Notes: generated from the letters alone by a model not told the origin. 64,000 nucleotides of DNA from Callorhinchus milii (GCF_018977255.1 NW_024704742.1:51710001-51774000), one strand, 5' to 3'; positions 1-13,279 are shown, counted from the first letter of the stretch. Program-made: numbers and translations.

Positions 1-499
1 AAACCCTTGAAGTGCTTTTGCCTACATTCAGACGAGCAATTCCCAGTCATTAAGCAAGGTTGTGGCCCTGGCAGAACAACAGTAATTTGCAATATTAAAA
101 CGTGTGTGTGTATGATGGTACTTGCACAGGAATGGTGATTTGGGTGAAATACTGGACACCTGCACCCAGTGGAATCACACACTGGTAGAAGAGGAAGAGA
201 AAGCCAGTTGAGCCACTCTGCACGCCTGTACTGTATTTTCCGAAGGTATTTGATGTGCTACAAGCCTCAACATTACATCTCTTCTTTCTACTGGAAGACA
301 TCAAAACTTCTTTCAGCCACAGATTTCAAGTGTAAAAATAGATCATAGATATGCAAATTTCAGAAGGCCATTTTCTGACAGCCTTAGGTGATTGATAACA
401 TTTCTTCTTTTGTAAAATCTGCCACAGTTTTTTTTGCATTCCAAGAAGTTCAGTTCTTCACTTGGTGCTATGTGGTAATGTATCTTGCTTAGTTGGAGG

Positions 500-825
500 T
501 AATAATAATAATAATCCTTGCATTTTGATATAGCGCTTTTCACGTCGGGAGGACATCCCAAAGCGCTTCACAGAACACACTGTAAAGTGAATTGACTGTA
601 TATTTGTGGGCGAACGTGGCAGCCAATTGCGCACAGCAATGTCCCACAAACAGTCGTAGATTGAAAATGACCAATTTATTATTGTTTTTGGTTTTGGAGG
701 GATTATTATTAGGCTCTGTGTGGAGTAAGGAAACTTGCCCAAGGTTTCGCCCTGACCTGCCTGGAATTGAACTCAGCTCTCTCGCTTGCAAAGCAAGTGC
801 TCTAACCACTGAGCTACAGGTCTCC
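500..825 (-). mobile_element. tRNA-Ala-derived SINE (short subfamily), full length
   Basis: The minus strand reads tRNA-like head (TAGCTCAGTGG A box, GTTCAATTCC B box), body, and LINE-like tail ending in (TTA)n. Near-identical to the copies at 7406 and 56348. Confidence 0.9.
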
Positions 826-1639
826 TAATAGGAGAACTTTGACTGATGGAGTTGCATGAAGTTGCTTTTATCACCATGTGATAGACAATCATGAACAAAT
901 CTACATTGAATTCCACCCAATAAAGAAAACAAAAGTAAAGTGATTCACTTTCATCGGTAGACTATTCTACATCTTAAATGCAAAAAGCTCTTCAGATGTG
1001 GAATTTGAATCATAAGCATGAACCTTGTCATATGGGCTGTTAGTAGTAATCGCGCAAACAAAGAGTAATATTTTGATTACATAAAGATCATCTATCATTG
1101 TGCTGTTATGTTAAGCAACTGAATTATTATTGTGCATGCCTTATACATTTTCCAAAATCTTGCCTTTTAAACAATGGTGTCAACGTTTTTTGGTTGGCCA
1201 ACCAAATACACTTTTCTTTATTGAATTTTTCTTTCTTGAATTTTTCTTCATTTATGGCCTTGCCGTGGGTATTTATTTGGCGGTGACTTACCTGGATTGG
1301 TGCAGGTATTTGGTGGGCCACTTCTTGATGCCCCAAAAGTGGCCCGCAATCTACTGCATTCCGTGCCACTGCTTTAAAGGAACAGCAACACAAATTGTAT
1401 TCTATCAAATTAATAATGGAATATAGTGGTTTTTTAAAAAAGATAGTATTAACCCTTAGATAACCAGATATAATGGTGGAATTCTATAATGGACCAGAAA
1501 GCTGAGCAATGCAGTTACATAGCTTGCTCTCTGTTCCTTGGCTTTGTTTTTAATGACATAGTTGGGCAGTTAAAAACTGTTCTGAATAATGGCATGACCA
1601 ACATGGTCCCTAGTCTCTCTCCTCAGGCTCTATTGCACT

Positions 1640-3353
1640 CCCCCTGAAAATCGCTGTTATCCTCAAAAAACCCACCCTCGATCTCTCTAATCTCTCACAC
1701 TACCGTCCCAGCTCCAACCTACTCTTTCTTGCCAAAGTCCTGGAATGCACTGTTGCAGTCAACTTTAGTCACACCTGTCTCTCCACTCCCTCCTCGAGTC
1801 CCTGTAGTCTGGTTTTCGACCTGCCCACAGAACAGAGATAACGCTTGTCAAAGTCCCAAACAATGTCCTCTCTATCTGTGAGCAGGATTCCCTCTGCCTC
1901 CTTGTCCTCCTGGATCTCTCTGCCGTGTTTGACACAGTCAATCAAGCCATCCTCCTCCACCGCCTTTCTTCCCTCATCCACTTTAGTCTGACCTCACTTG
2001 CATGGTTCGAGTCCTACATAACCAACCACCTCTATTTCATCTCACCAAATGGTTTCTCCTCCCGCCACCGCCCGGTCCCTGCGGGGTACCCCACGGCTCC
2101 ATGCTCGGCCCTCTTCTTTACCTCATCTATATGCTCTCTCTGGGCGATGTCATCCGCAGACACGAGGTAAACTTCCACATGTAGGTGGATGACATCACCC
2201 ACAAATCTACTTTGCCTCCTCCAGTACCAACTCCAGGTCTGCCGATGTTCTATCAGCCTGTCTGGCAGACTTCAGGGTCTGGATAAGTGCAACTTCCTGC
2301 AGCTGAATGTGGACAAGAATGTGAACATATTCCTTTAGATCAACGTCTTCAATCCTGCGGATCTAAACTCTTCAACCTCCCTGAGTTCTCCCTCAGACTC
2401 ACCAAGCCAATGCACAATCTAGGCATCCGGTTTGACCCCGAGCTGTCCTTCCTCCCCCACATCCAGTCCCTGACCAGGGCCGCCTTCTTCCACCTCTGTC
2501 ACATTGTCCACCTCCGACTGTGCCTTACTCCAAATGCAGCCAAAACCCTTGTGCATGCATTTGTCACCTCCCGCCTGGATTATTCAAACGCAGTCCTCTC
2601 CAGTCTCCCCAGCTCCACTATTCAAAAGATCCAGCTCATTCAGAACTCTACTACCCACATACTGACCCGGACCAAACTCCGTACGCACATCTCACCAGTT
2701 CTGGCCAGGCTCCACTGGCTCCCCATCACTGAACTAATCGACTTCAAGATTCTCACACTTGTGTTCAAATCCCTTCACTCCCTGGCACCTCCCTATCTCG
2801 CCGACCTGCTCACTCCCCAATCCACCAGCTTTGCTCAACTGGCACTGGCCTCCTTGAAATCTTTTTCAGGTTTATCTTTTCTTTCCTTGCAGATCACTCA
2901 CCACCAACTCCCCTTCTCTGACTATGAAGACAGTGTGGTTGGGGTCACAGATGTTTCCATGACAACTGTTATTGCTGCTTTACAATCAGTTGATAGAAAT
3001 AGGGATCAAGATGTGCCACCCAGGTGATGCCAGTTTTTCTTAAACTCTACACCTCCACAAGCGACTGTCACAAAGGCCCTTCTTTGTATTACTCGTCCCT
3101 CGCACTCTCCGCCCCACCATCGGAGGTTGCTCTTTCAGCCACTACGCCCCGAAACTCTGGAACACTCTCCCTCAATCCATCCGCCTTGCCCCCTGTCTCC
3201 CCTTTTTCAAGTCCCACCCGAAAACCTTCCTCTTTGACCGTACTTATGGCCACCTCCCCACACCCCACCAGCTCGGAGTCAGGCTCCGCCACTGTTAAGT
3301 GCTCTGAGACGCGACCCTGCGTGGAGGGGGCTATATAAGTGCAAGTTGTTGTT
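1640..3353 (+). mobile_element. 5'-truncated L2-clade LINE, decayed ORF2 (RT + C-terminal domain), interrupted at 2854-3092
   Basis: Translated motifs [33 protein letters not shown]. Stops and frameshifts present. Ends in a (GTT)n tail. Confidence 0.9.
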
Positions 3354-4888
3354 GTAATACAAAGAAGGGCCTTTGTGACAGTCGCTTGTGGAGGTGTAGT
3401 GTTTAAGAAAAACTGGCATCACCTGGGTTTCACATCTTGATCCCTATTTCTATCAGCTGATTGTAAAGCAGCAATAACAGTTGTCATGGAAACATCTGTG
3501 ACCCCCAACCACACTGTCTTCATAGTCAGAGGAGGGGAGTTGATGGTGAGTGATCTGCAAGGAAAGAAGAAATAAACCAGAAAAAGGTTTCAAAAAGGTC
3601 TCAGACTCCTTACAGCAATGTTGAAATATGCAGTTAGTCAGATTTGCATAGATTTCAGGACTCAGGAGTTTTGTGGAGAGTGAACTGGATTAACACCTAT
3701 AAACTCCTGAGGAGGTGGATATTCAGTGTAGATTCTCATATAAAGAATTTGAGTGAAGCGCTGAGGGCCTTCAGTGCCTGTGGAACTGTAGTGTACATAT
3801 TCGGGGGAGAAAGGCAGGGGGGAAAATTGGACAAGAATAAATGTGCACACCCTGATTTATTGGAAACTGTCTTAAATGTACAAATTTCTTGCTAACTCTT
3901 TCTGTGCTAAAGTGTTCATGTCACTTGCAGCCTCCTGAGCCTAAAAGTTATGAGGATCAACTGCTGGGTCAATGCAAATGTAACAAATGGGCCCTTTATG
4001 TTTGTTGGAATGTGGAAGTTTATGAATAGCTCAGCAATGCTCAGTGTTGTTGTACATCAGGTGGCCTCCCTGCTGAGTGAGACTCCTGGGTATTTCTATT
4101 CTGATGCACTATTTCAGGCACAACTGGGGGAAAGGCAACGAACCGTAATGCAGGACGTTGTCAAGGTCAAAAAGAGTAGGAGAGAAGATAATTTAAGAAG
4201 CACTGGTTAGGTGACGCAAAGCTTAGCTTGCAAAAGCTTGTAGATTGTATGAGAAAGACAAAACTGAGGGAGTTAAGGTTTTGAGGTCTGGGAAAGAATG
4301 AGTAGAGTAAGAGACAAAGAGTTTTGATTTTAACACGGAGAGGAAGAAGGTCGTACAGGATGCCCCCATTAGGAGCTTAGGATAAACAAGTAAGGAAAGT
4401 CCCTCACTCTTGCAAGTTGGTCATTTTTTCAGTGGAAAATTGTTTAATTGATTTGTCCTTCAGTTACACAAATGACCTTTGGTGAATTAAATGTGAGTAT
4501 TTTATAAAATGAAATATGGTGGTTGTAAACATTTTTTTGAAAAAGAGTTAGTGATCATTTCAGCAAAATATCATTCTTATCATATTAACCTTTAAGAACA
4601 TTTTGTACAATTTGTTTCTACAACATCTGCCAAAATGTCTGAAAATAATATTTCTAAACATCAAAATCAGATGAAAGAAATGTACATAATTCCAAATCAT
4701 CTAATTCATGTTGCCCCTTAAATACATTGTAGCAAAAATGGAGTTAAAACTCTGACCTCCATTGTGTAAACCTATTGTTTTATCAAAAATATTGACTGGC
4801 TCGTAAGTGTGACTCCTTTCACCCTTTCCAATTCCATCACAATGATCCAACCTCAAGCCAGCTCGCAGCTCGGAGCACTGGATTGAAA

Positions 4889-5340
4889 TAAATAATAATA
4901 ATCCTTGCATTTGATATTGTGCCTTATATCGTTGAGACATGTCAAAGCGGTTCACAGGATATACTGTAAATTGATGTGACTGTATTTTCTGGGTGGGTGA
5001 AACATGGCAGTTTCCAACACAAACAGTCAAAAAGTTAGTGACCAATTTTATTTGGCCAGGGCACCAGCAGAAAATCCCTTCTATAATCACATCCTCCCAA
5101 CAGAAATGCAATTCGTTGTTGTTGAATAGTGCCATGAGATCTTTAGCATCCACCTGAACAGGGAGTTGTGACCTCAGTTTAACATCTCATCTGAAGGATG
5201 GCACCTCGGCCAATGCACCCCCCCCCCTCGCCCCCAGCACTGCATTGGTCATCTTAGACTATGTGATTCCAAGTCCTGCAGTGGGGCTTGATCCCACAAC
5301 TTTCTGATTCGGAGGCGAGAGTGCTAACTCTGAGCCGGAC
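4889..5340 (-). mobile_element. DeuSINE-type SINE (Deu-domain body)
   Basis: Contains gtgccatgagatctttagcatccacctgaaca...gtttaacatctcatctgaaggatggcacctc, the reverse complement of the Deu-domain core as I recall it from SacSINE1/AmnSINE1. tRNA-like head at the right end. Confidence 0.75.
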
Positions 5341-7405
5341 TGACACATGTAGTCCGCAAAGTGCTGTTTAGTGGGATACCAGCTTAACTTAGCCACAAAC
5401 AAATCTGGGTAAAGCCAGTGTCCTGCTAAAAATCTGTTCAACAACAATCCCCAGATCAGCTTTGGCCCTAAATATTGTGCTGGAGTCCTGCCTGGTAGTT
5501 GTATTCTAATATGGTCACATCCATGGACCATATGATATCTAATTAACAGTAGGATGTAGTTTTCAATGATGTGTTCACAGCAGTATTAATCAACACATCA
5601 CAGATTACAATTTTCATCCCATAGTAACAGTTTCAAGCAGGAGAGTAACAGTTTCAAGCAGGAGACCATCACTCCATCTAGCCTACCGTTCTAATCCATC
5701 TTTTCCACAAGATTCCTTCAATGTATCTATTCCAAAAATTTTGGTGTAGATTTTTCTTTGGTCGGCCGGGTGTCTTTTACATGCAGAAATCCATGCATAA
5801 GAGTATTCAAACCAGACTGAGGTTTCCATGTGTGCCTCCTACACATGTATAGTACTATACAAAAACAACACTGCAATTTATCAAATCGTTCATTTACATG
5901 AATATGAAACAGCAACAAAAACTATCCGAATAGATTGGGCTCAGTTTAACATTAGGATCTAAGATAGCTTATGCAATTATTTAACGTCAATAGTAGATTG
6001 TGTGGTACTAGGCTGGACATTGTGTTTGCACTCTGCAGGACACAATAATTTGAAGGGTTTTGAACATTCCTGTTTATCCGATATGCATTACCATATCTGT
6101 AAGTCTATATATTGGGGTGACAAGCAATTGAAAATGTCAACAGTACCTTTAAAATATGAGGCTCCTGACATGTTTGTTTAGCACACTATGAAGAAATGGT
6201 GCAGAATGCTTCACAAAGTTATTGTTTTGACTGACAGACATGAATTTCTGGAATGCGAACATGTCCCTTTACCATATGTATTTGAAGCTGAAAAACACCG
6301 ACAGCCACCATCTGCACACAGTATAATTCAGTAGAGGAATGCTGTCTTATCAATTGATAAGGAAAGTTATTTTTGGTCAATTTACCATCTAGTTCGAAGG
6401 ATGGCTCCTCCAACAAAGAGGCACAACCTGGGCACTGCATTGGAATGTCAGCCTGGACAATGAGCTGGGGTCAGTTTGGTGCCGTTGGTTGCACTCTAAT
6501 CTTTAGGTCAGAATATTGTGGGTTCATGCTCCACATCAAGTTTTAGTTCATTATCTAAGATGTCATTCTAGCACATTGCTGGGGGAGATTTGGATTTCTT
6601 TTGGTATTCTGGCCAACAATCCTCCAGATTATTTGTGCAGCCAGTGGTTGGAGGGAGGGAGGGAGGGCTCCAGCCTGCTAGGAGGGCCCACTCCAGCCTG
6701 TCACTCAGGATGGGGATTCTTTCCATTGAGTCCCTGTTGACTCTGCAAGCGAAAGCTGTGACCGGAAGGTTGGTCCAAGATAGACAAGCAGCGGGAAGCT
6801 TGCCAGTCATTGCTTTCAATGGCAAGCTGTTCGGGTTTACCTGGTTAAACTACAACAGTGCCCTAATGCAAACTCTGGGGTTCCTAAGCCATGGCTCTTG
6901 CCAACTTGCACCTTGCAGGGAGAGGGAGTGCATTTCATCCTAGCCACGGAAATTTCATATGAAATTTCATACATGGAATCTCTATCGGAGAGCAGCTAAC
7001 AGACTGTGACTGTACAACTGAGATAGCAGAGGAGCTTCTAAATGGTTATCCACAGATGGATAATCCTTCCCCTGTAATTTCCCTGGAACAATCAAAGATC
7101 ACGAGAAGTATGAATGAAGAAGGCCCTTTGCCTCCTAATTTTATTTTTATGTGCATTACCTTATCTTTGTCTGTATGAACCTTATTTGCAAGTTTTCAGC
7201 TTGGGGATACTTGTTTTGTTAGTTCAACTGGAGTTGCTTTGAGTGAAGGACACACTTTTATTGTACTTTTATTATTTTTTCTTTCAATATACATTATCTT
7301 GTATTTATCTACAGGAGAACCTCTTTGTTACATCTGCTTAATCAGTGCGCATCCTCAGTGAATTTAGCTTTTGTATTATATATTTGATCAAAATTATATA
7401 TTTGT

Positions 7406-7737
7406 GGAGTCCTGTAGCTCAGTGGTTAGAGCACTCGCTTTGCAAGTGAGAGACCTGAGTTCAATTCCAGGCAGGGCGAAACCTTGGGCAAGTTTCCTTA
7501 CTCCACACGCCTAATAATAATCCCTCCAAAAAAAAAACCCAAAACAATAATTAAATTGGTCATTTTCAATCTACGACTGTTTGTGGGACATTGCTGTGCG
7601 CAATTGGCTGCCGCGTTCGCCCACAAATATACAGTCAATTCACTTTACAGTGTGTTCTGTGAAGCGCTTTGGGACGTCCTCCTGACGTGAAAAGCGCTAT
7701 ATCAAATGCAAGGATTATTATTATTATTATTATTATA
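7406..7737 (+). mobile_element. tRNA-Ala(TGC)-derived SINE (short subfamily), full length
   Basis: Head GGAGTCCTGTAGCTCAGTGGTTAGAGCACTCGCTTTGCAAGTGAG...GTTCAATTCC, tail AAGCGCTATATCAAATGCAAGGA(TTA)n. Confidence 0.92.
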
Positions 7738-8749
7738 ATTGTGAGATTCACACACTTTCTACTGCTGCAGATTCTAAGATGCTCACAAATTCATGGAATG
7801 AATCATGGATCATCCCTTAGCAGGAGCTTTAGAAGTGCATGAGATTGGGTAAATAATAAAACTTCAATGATATAGAAGGAAAGAATAAATTTCGATACCG
7901 AAAACTAGTATCTTATTTTTGATTTTCTTCTTGACACTAAAACACTGATAGAGTGAAAGAATCATTCAATTAATCAGCTTACTTCCTACAAATGCACGTC
8001 AACTAGCCAACAATTACTTCAATATCTAAAAATACTGTAATATTTTATTATTTATATTTATTATATATTACTATTCTTAAGAGGAGTAAAATACATTTGT
8101 GTTATGTCAGCCACCAGTGTTCAGCTGCCTTACTTACAGTAAATCGTTCAGCCTGACTCATTTAGCAAGCAGCAGATAACCTTCATTAGTTGCTACTCAA
8201 GACGAATATGGAAACAGCAGCATGTTCAACTCCCTGCGTCAGGGAACTTTATCACCAACACCAAGAGCTGAACTTATTGTACTATTGCACCATTAACACC
8301 AATGATAAAGAGCCACACAGCGATGGACATTGGTAAAGAGTTATCTGGGAGTTCATAATTACAATTCTGCCTAATCCACAAGTAAGAGTGGTCACACATT
8401 CCTAATAGTGGGGTCGAACTAATGGGGTTCCTTAATAAGGAATCCGAATCACAAAATTGGAGACTCATTCAGGTAAGTGGAAGCACATCTTGACAACATA
8501 TGGGAACTACAGTCTGCTTTAAGGAATCTTGATAGAAATCACCATAATTTTGATCCCTCTGTAATTTTTACCAGAAACATACTAAGCATTCTTTAGCTAC
8601 ATCTCAAGCCAACCTCAGAGCTGTTTGGTATTTTTCTAGAAATCTTTTGAAAACAAATCGGCATTAAATATCAAATCAAGTGGTTAGCATGATCATTATG
8701 TTGACTGGAGAAAGACAACGTTGGCTCTAGTTATAGAATCCAAATTTTA

Positions 8750-9145
8750 ATATAATAATTCTTGAATTTCAATATAGCATCTGTAATGTCAAAAAGTTTT
8801 ACCAGTAATTGCTGTCAAGTGTAAAGACTATTTTATAGGCAAATTTGGCAGTCAATTTGCAGGCATCAATGTCCCACAGACATCCATGTTGTGAATGACC
8901 AATTTATCTGGAGAATTGTTGGCCAGGACACGGAGAGAAATTCCCTTTATTTTTCAAATAGTTTGAGAGGATCTTTAACATTCACTTGAACAGGGAGCTG
9001 TTGAGATAGATGTGAACTTGGTTTAACATCTCATTGAAAGACAGCATCTCTGACAGTGTGGTGCACCCCAAGCATTACACTGAAGTGTCAGCACTGACTG
9101 AGTTCAAAGTCCTGATGTGGGGTTAATTGTTTTGGCTTCAGCGGT
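8750..9145 (-). mobile_element. Diverged DeuSINE-type SINE
   Basis: Collinear by eye with 4889-5340 and 22927-23353. Confidence 0.65.
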
Positions 9146-9495
9146 AGAGGAAATGCACATAAATATGGCTTTATAAATGGATAGTGTGAATTAACAGGAG
9201 TCAGAGCATGATTTATTCTGCATTTAAAATGATGGCAACATTTTCAGAAATCATGACTTTTTACAAATCTGGCAGTTTTCAAGTTGCAATTTGTCACAAA
9301 ATCTGAAATTTGAAGGAACAATCCTTGCGTATGTTATAGCACCTTATCATGTTGTCGAGATGTCACAAAACTCTTCATAAAATTTACTGTAAAGTGTGAC
9401 GTAATCTGTGAACTACATCAATGTAGGGCTTGTACCCACAACCTTCTGATCCAGCAGCAAGAGTGCTACCAACTGAGCTGGGATTACATCACAGT

Positions 9496-9665
9496 GTCAA
9501 ACAAAAACAGAAATCGCTGGGAACACTCAGTTCTGATGAAGGGTCGTGGACCCGAAACGTTGACACACTTTCCTTTCTCCATAGATGCTGCCTGACCTGC
9601 CGAATGTTCCTAGCGACTTCTGATTTTGTTTCAGATTTCCAGCATCTGCAGTATTTTGCGTTTTG
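9496..9665 (+). mobile_element. Short non-autonomous Penelope-like (pLTR-derived) fold-back element with 9-bp TSD
   Basis: CATCACAGT is duplicated at 9487-9495 and 9666-9674. Internal inverted repeat ~9499-9530 / ~9600-9631. Contains a hammerhead core. Confidence 0.7.
9530..9564 (+). ncRNA. Minimal type I hammerhead ribozyme motif
   Basis: GTT-CTGATGA-A-GGGTC(GTG)GACCC-GAAA-C-GTT-GAC: both conserved core boxes, 5-bp stem II, loopless palindromic stem III (AACGTT), 3-bp stem I. Activity untested. Confidence 0.6.
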
Positions 9666-11269
9666 CATCACAGTTAAGCGTTGACAAGCAAAGGAACACA
9701 CCGGTGGGATGTGGCAGGAGCATGATATTCATGTTGTCACAAAGCAGCTCAGCAAGTTGAAAATATTTTGAGGGAAGCAGGGAATTGTCCTTTGTGAGAG
9801 TGAAGGACACCTTTGCAGGTATACACTGATGAATATTGCATGTCTTCCGCTGGTGCTGAAATACAGTGCCATCAAGATTTCCAGTTCAGTTGGTAAATCT
9901 ACTGCTTTGTAAATGTTGCAGTTCAGTTCAATCCCTGGTCTGTGCTGAATCTCAGCCTGGGCTGCAAGTAGGGATGTTTCAATGGGTTTTAAGAAGGAGG
10001 AAAAGCAGTCAAGCTTCCACTCTTACAAGCTAGCGATTCTCTTTACGTAGGTTCAAATGTACCTCTAGAGTTGGAGTGGAACTTTGATTACTTTGCCAAA
10101 ATGAAGGAGTTTACCTGGGGAATAACTGAAGTTGGCAGCTTCTCAAGTTTTCAGTGTATATGTTTGATATGCTCCAGTACAGGTCATGATTGCTGCACTG
10201 CCATAATCAACCTGAGTACTCAAAGTAATGAAAGTAGCTTTCAGCACACTGGAAGATATGTGATCCAACTGAGAGTATAAACAGGTTCGTATCAATCACT
10301 TGTGTTCACTCCCAAGAATTTGTAAACAGAAATGAGATGAACCTATTTGAAATAGCGAGCTTCTCAGTTCATACGAGTATAAGGGTTATGTGCGTTACTA
10401 AATCAGCCTTAATAGGTGACACCATTTATAAACATTGTATCACATCTGGAGAAGTGTTTATCTTCAAATTCAAGCCTAATGGGTCGGGTTTTCCACAAGG
10501 TGCTACTGTTTCAGTGGTATTTCAGAAGCAGTAGTATATTTTTGGTTTAGTCGCAGCTGAACTATGTTACTACAGGCACATCTGTAATTCTCTTTCCGTT
10601 CAGCTCAGCTTGTCTCGTACCTGGATTCAGACCAGTCTCAGACTGATTCCTCAAGAAGCAATCATTTCATTTGTTTGAGGGGGGATGGGGAGCAGGGCAG
10701 TATATATACATTATTAGTCTTTAATACCCTGACAGTTACCACACAAAACTTATCCATAAATTCTATTTTTAATTTTTTTAAGAGCCTTTTTCTGCTTCTA
10801 AAATATCTGTCTAACATTCCGTCTGCATTGGTGTGTTCTGCCCTGTCATGGCATACATATTCGAGGTTCCAGTGCAAGACCAAGTTATATCATAGGTTGT
10901 AAAAGCACTTGAACGAGAAAACCACAGTGTAAGTACTGGAAGATCTCAGGGTGTGAAGTACCTTTCCTCCAGGGAAACCTATACTGATTTACCAGAACCC
11001 CTCTCCAACCTAAGATTGCTTCAAAGTGAGTTCTTGTTGGTTTGTATGACATTCACAGGGATTCCCTGCAGGAAATACAATTCATGTCCCAAGAGCCTTT
11101 TTTTTGCAGTTAGTCACCATTTACCATGTGATTTTCATCTTCGACCTCTTTTCCAAGCCCTACATTTAAATTTTCTCCAACAATTGACTCTCTCTCAGGC
11201 AGGTCCTGCCTCTTGCTGGGTTGTGTTTTCTGAGGCACCAGCAGCCCTCCACCTCCTCAATCTTCCTGT

Positions 11270-11515
11270 GTCAGCGGACCATTGAACTGTGGGGGGCAAT
11301 CCAGTTGAGACCACCTGGCATTCACATACGCATACTTTTTAGCAGGGGTTACTGGATTGTGATAGGAAGTAGGAACCCTGGTTGATTTTTCCATTCCATA
11401 ACTCCAAGGCATTGAAGCCAATTGCAGCATCTCAGTGCTGTTATCGGTGTTCAGTTAACTTTGCTGCAACCTTTCAGATTTGTATGATTCAGTTTCACAC
11501 TGGAAGGAGTAGGGG
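11270..11515 (-). mobile_element. Ancient diverged SINE fragment (related fragments near 9920-10040 and 58390-58550 on +)
   Basis: Reverse complement reads ...ggaaaaatcaaccagggttcctacttcctatcacaatccagtaacccctgctaaaaagtatgcg..., resembling an ancient vertebrate SINE body (LmeSINE1-like from memory). Family name uncertain. Confidence 0.4.
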
Positions 11516-13279
11516 AAGGCAGCTTCACATTGCATTTATTTTTTGCTCAAAACCACCCAAGTAAAAGAGATGCATGTTGTAGCTTTGTGTAGTCTCATCA
11601 AAGTTTTGCAAACAGATCTTTGCAATAGATTGACTGATGTTGAGATGAAACTCCGATCACCATTCCTTAGAAACGTCTTAACAACTGCCACCATTTAAAG
11701 TCTGCTCTTTGTGCAACATTAAGTTAAAATTCTGTTCATTCATTATGCTCTCCTTACAGCCCTTATATCATGTATGTCTCCACATAACTCTTTCTGTGTC
11801 TAGCATTCCTCCCTTGAGGAGCAGAAACGGAAGTGCAAGTCTGGAAACTCTGGCAGAGAAACAAATTCATTTGGGAAAGTTCCAAGACATCTACACGCTG
11901 TCAGCCAGCAGATAGCTTTTCAAATGTTCTGAACTCAGGTTAATTAAGAATATGAATAAAATGCAATATATTTGTACATGAAATCCACATGGTGCTTAGA
12001 TATATGAAATGAGAATCTTTCTGTGCCTGTGATACAATACAGTGCTCACTCCGAATTGCACTGGTAGCACATTGTGACTTATATTAGGGTATGTGTTGCC
12101 TTTCTATTTAATAGTTAACTTGTACTGCTTTAATAGTGCATTTTGTTTGGAAATCTACATTTTCAGCATCTGTATTTTAGAAGGTCACACGCAAGCAAGT
12201 GTTTTAAGAGCATTATTATGGGAACACTTTTTATCTGTACTGTAAAGCCACAAAGCATTGGTTGTGTTTTTTGTCCTCTATGTTTGCCTTTGCTTGAACC
12301 CAGTTACAGTCATCAAACTATCAGTGTAAATTGTGTTATTGGAAATACATATCTGGCTTGCCAGGGTGGTGACACGGGATGTTTTACTATAAATGTCTCC
12401 CACTGATTCCCGAGTCACAGACAGCGTAAGAACAGCAGGCAGTGCAAAGGGCATTTTATTAGTTACCGGCAACATCTTTGAGGATAAGAACTACAATCTC
12501 AATCCTATTGGGGAAGCTGGCTTTAATAAATACAACCTTCAAGGTCACAATATCAAGAAGGCTTGCCAGAATCACTTCAACAATGACTGAAGGGTGCCTT
12601 GGGGAAAAGAGACCAAAATCAGAACCTCTGCTCAGATATGGCTGTGAGTGCAGCCTTGTCTGGGAGGATAGAGACTCAGCAATGCTCCCCAGAGAGATGC
12701 TTCTGGACCTAGGCCAGAGGTTGGAGCTGTAAACCAGGATGCCAGGAAGCATGTGGATAAATCAGTTTTATGTTTTGTTTTAAAGGGAGAAAATACAACC
12801 AAGAAGCAAATTAACTGTTAAATGATTTCTGAAACAAATACTGATTTGGAAAAAACAAATTGCGTTCACAGTCAAATATTCACCCCTTTTAGAAATTGAT
12901 TGCAAACGTACAACAATTGTGAACGTTCTTCAGTTGCAATAGTTGTAAAGTTTCTGGCAGTGGGCATGATTTGGTGAAATGGTTGCACTCCTTGTGTACA
13001 GTTGAGAAGTGAAAGATCTTTTCGATTTTCCAGCAGGCGGATGGGGAGGAGAGGAAATACTTGTCCTTTTTTTTATGCACCCCCGAATCAGCACTGCCAT
13101 TTTACATGACAATCCCTTTTTGGGGAGCTAGTCCACCACTGTCACCGTTCCCCCATCACACTACATCAAGCTGCTTTTTTGCTTTGATCTCATTCTTCCA
13201 GAATATCCTGTCTTCCCATTACCACACCAAGCTGTTTCTGGGCCAAGTCCAGAGTCCTGGCCTCAACCAGGACCCTTCC

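Noticed and set aside
2287..3027. 246-aa ORF as a functional gene
   Set aside because: A fragment of decayed L2 ORF2 running into the inverted insert. The upstream RT catalytic motif is interrupted by a stop.
7406..7480. tRNA-Ala(TGC)-like gene (also heads at ~750-825, ~19815-19888, ~54645-54715, ~56585-56658, ~62670-62742)
   Set aside because: Each is fused to the same SINE body and has imperfect acceptor and T stems. They are SINE heads, not tRNA genes.
8422..8478. Short ATG-open stretch ending in a perfect donor CAG|GTAAGT (GT at 8473)
   Set aside because: No recognisable peptide, acceptor or partner exon. A non-coding exon cannot be excluded.
12393..12752. Cluster of overlapping short ORFs on both strands
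   Set aside because: No recognisable protein motif or splice-site pair.
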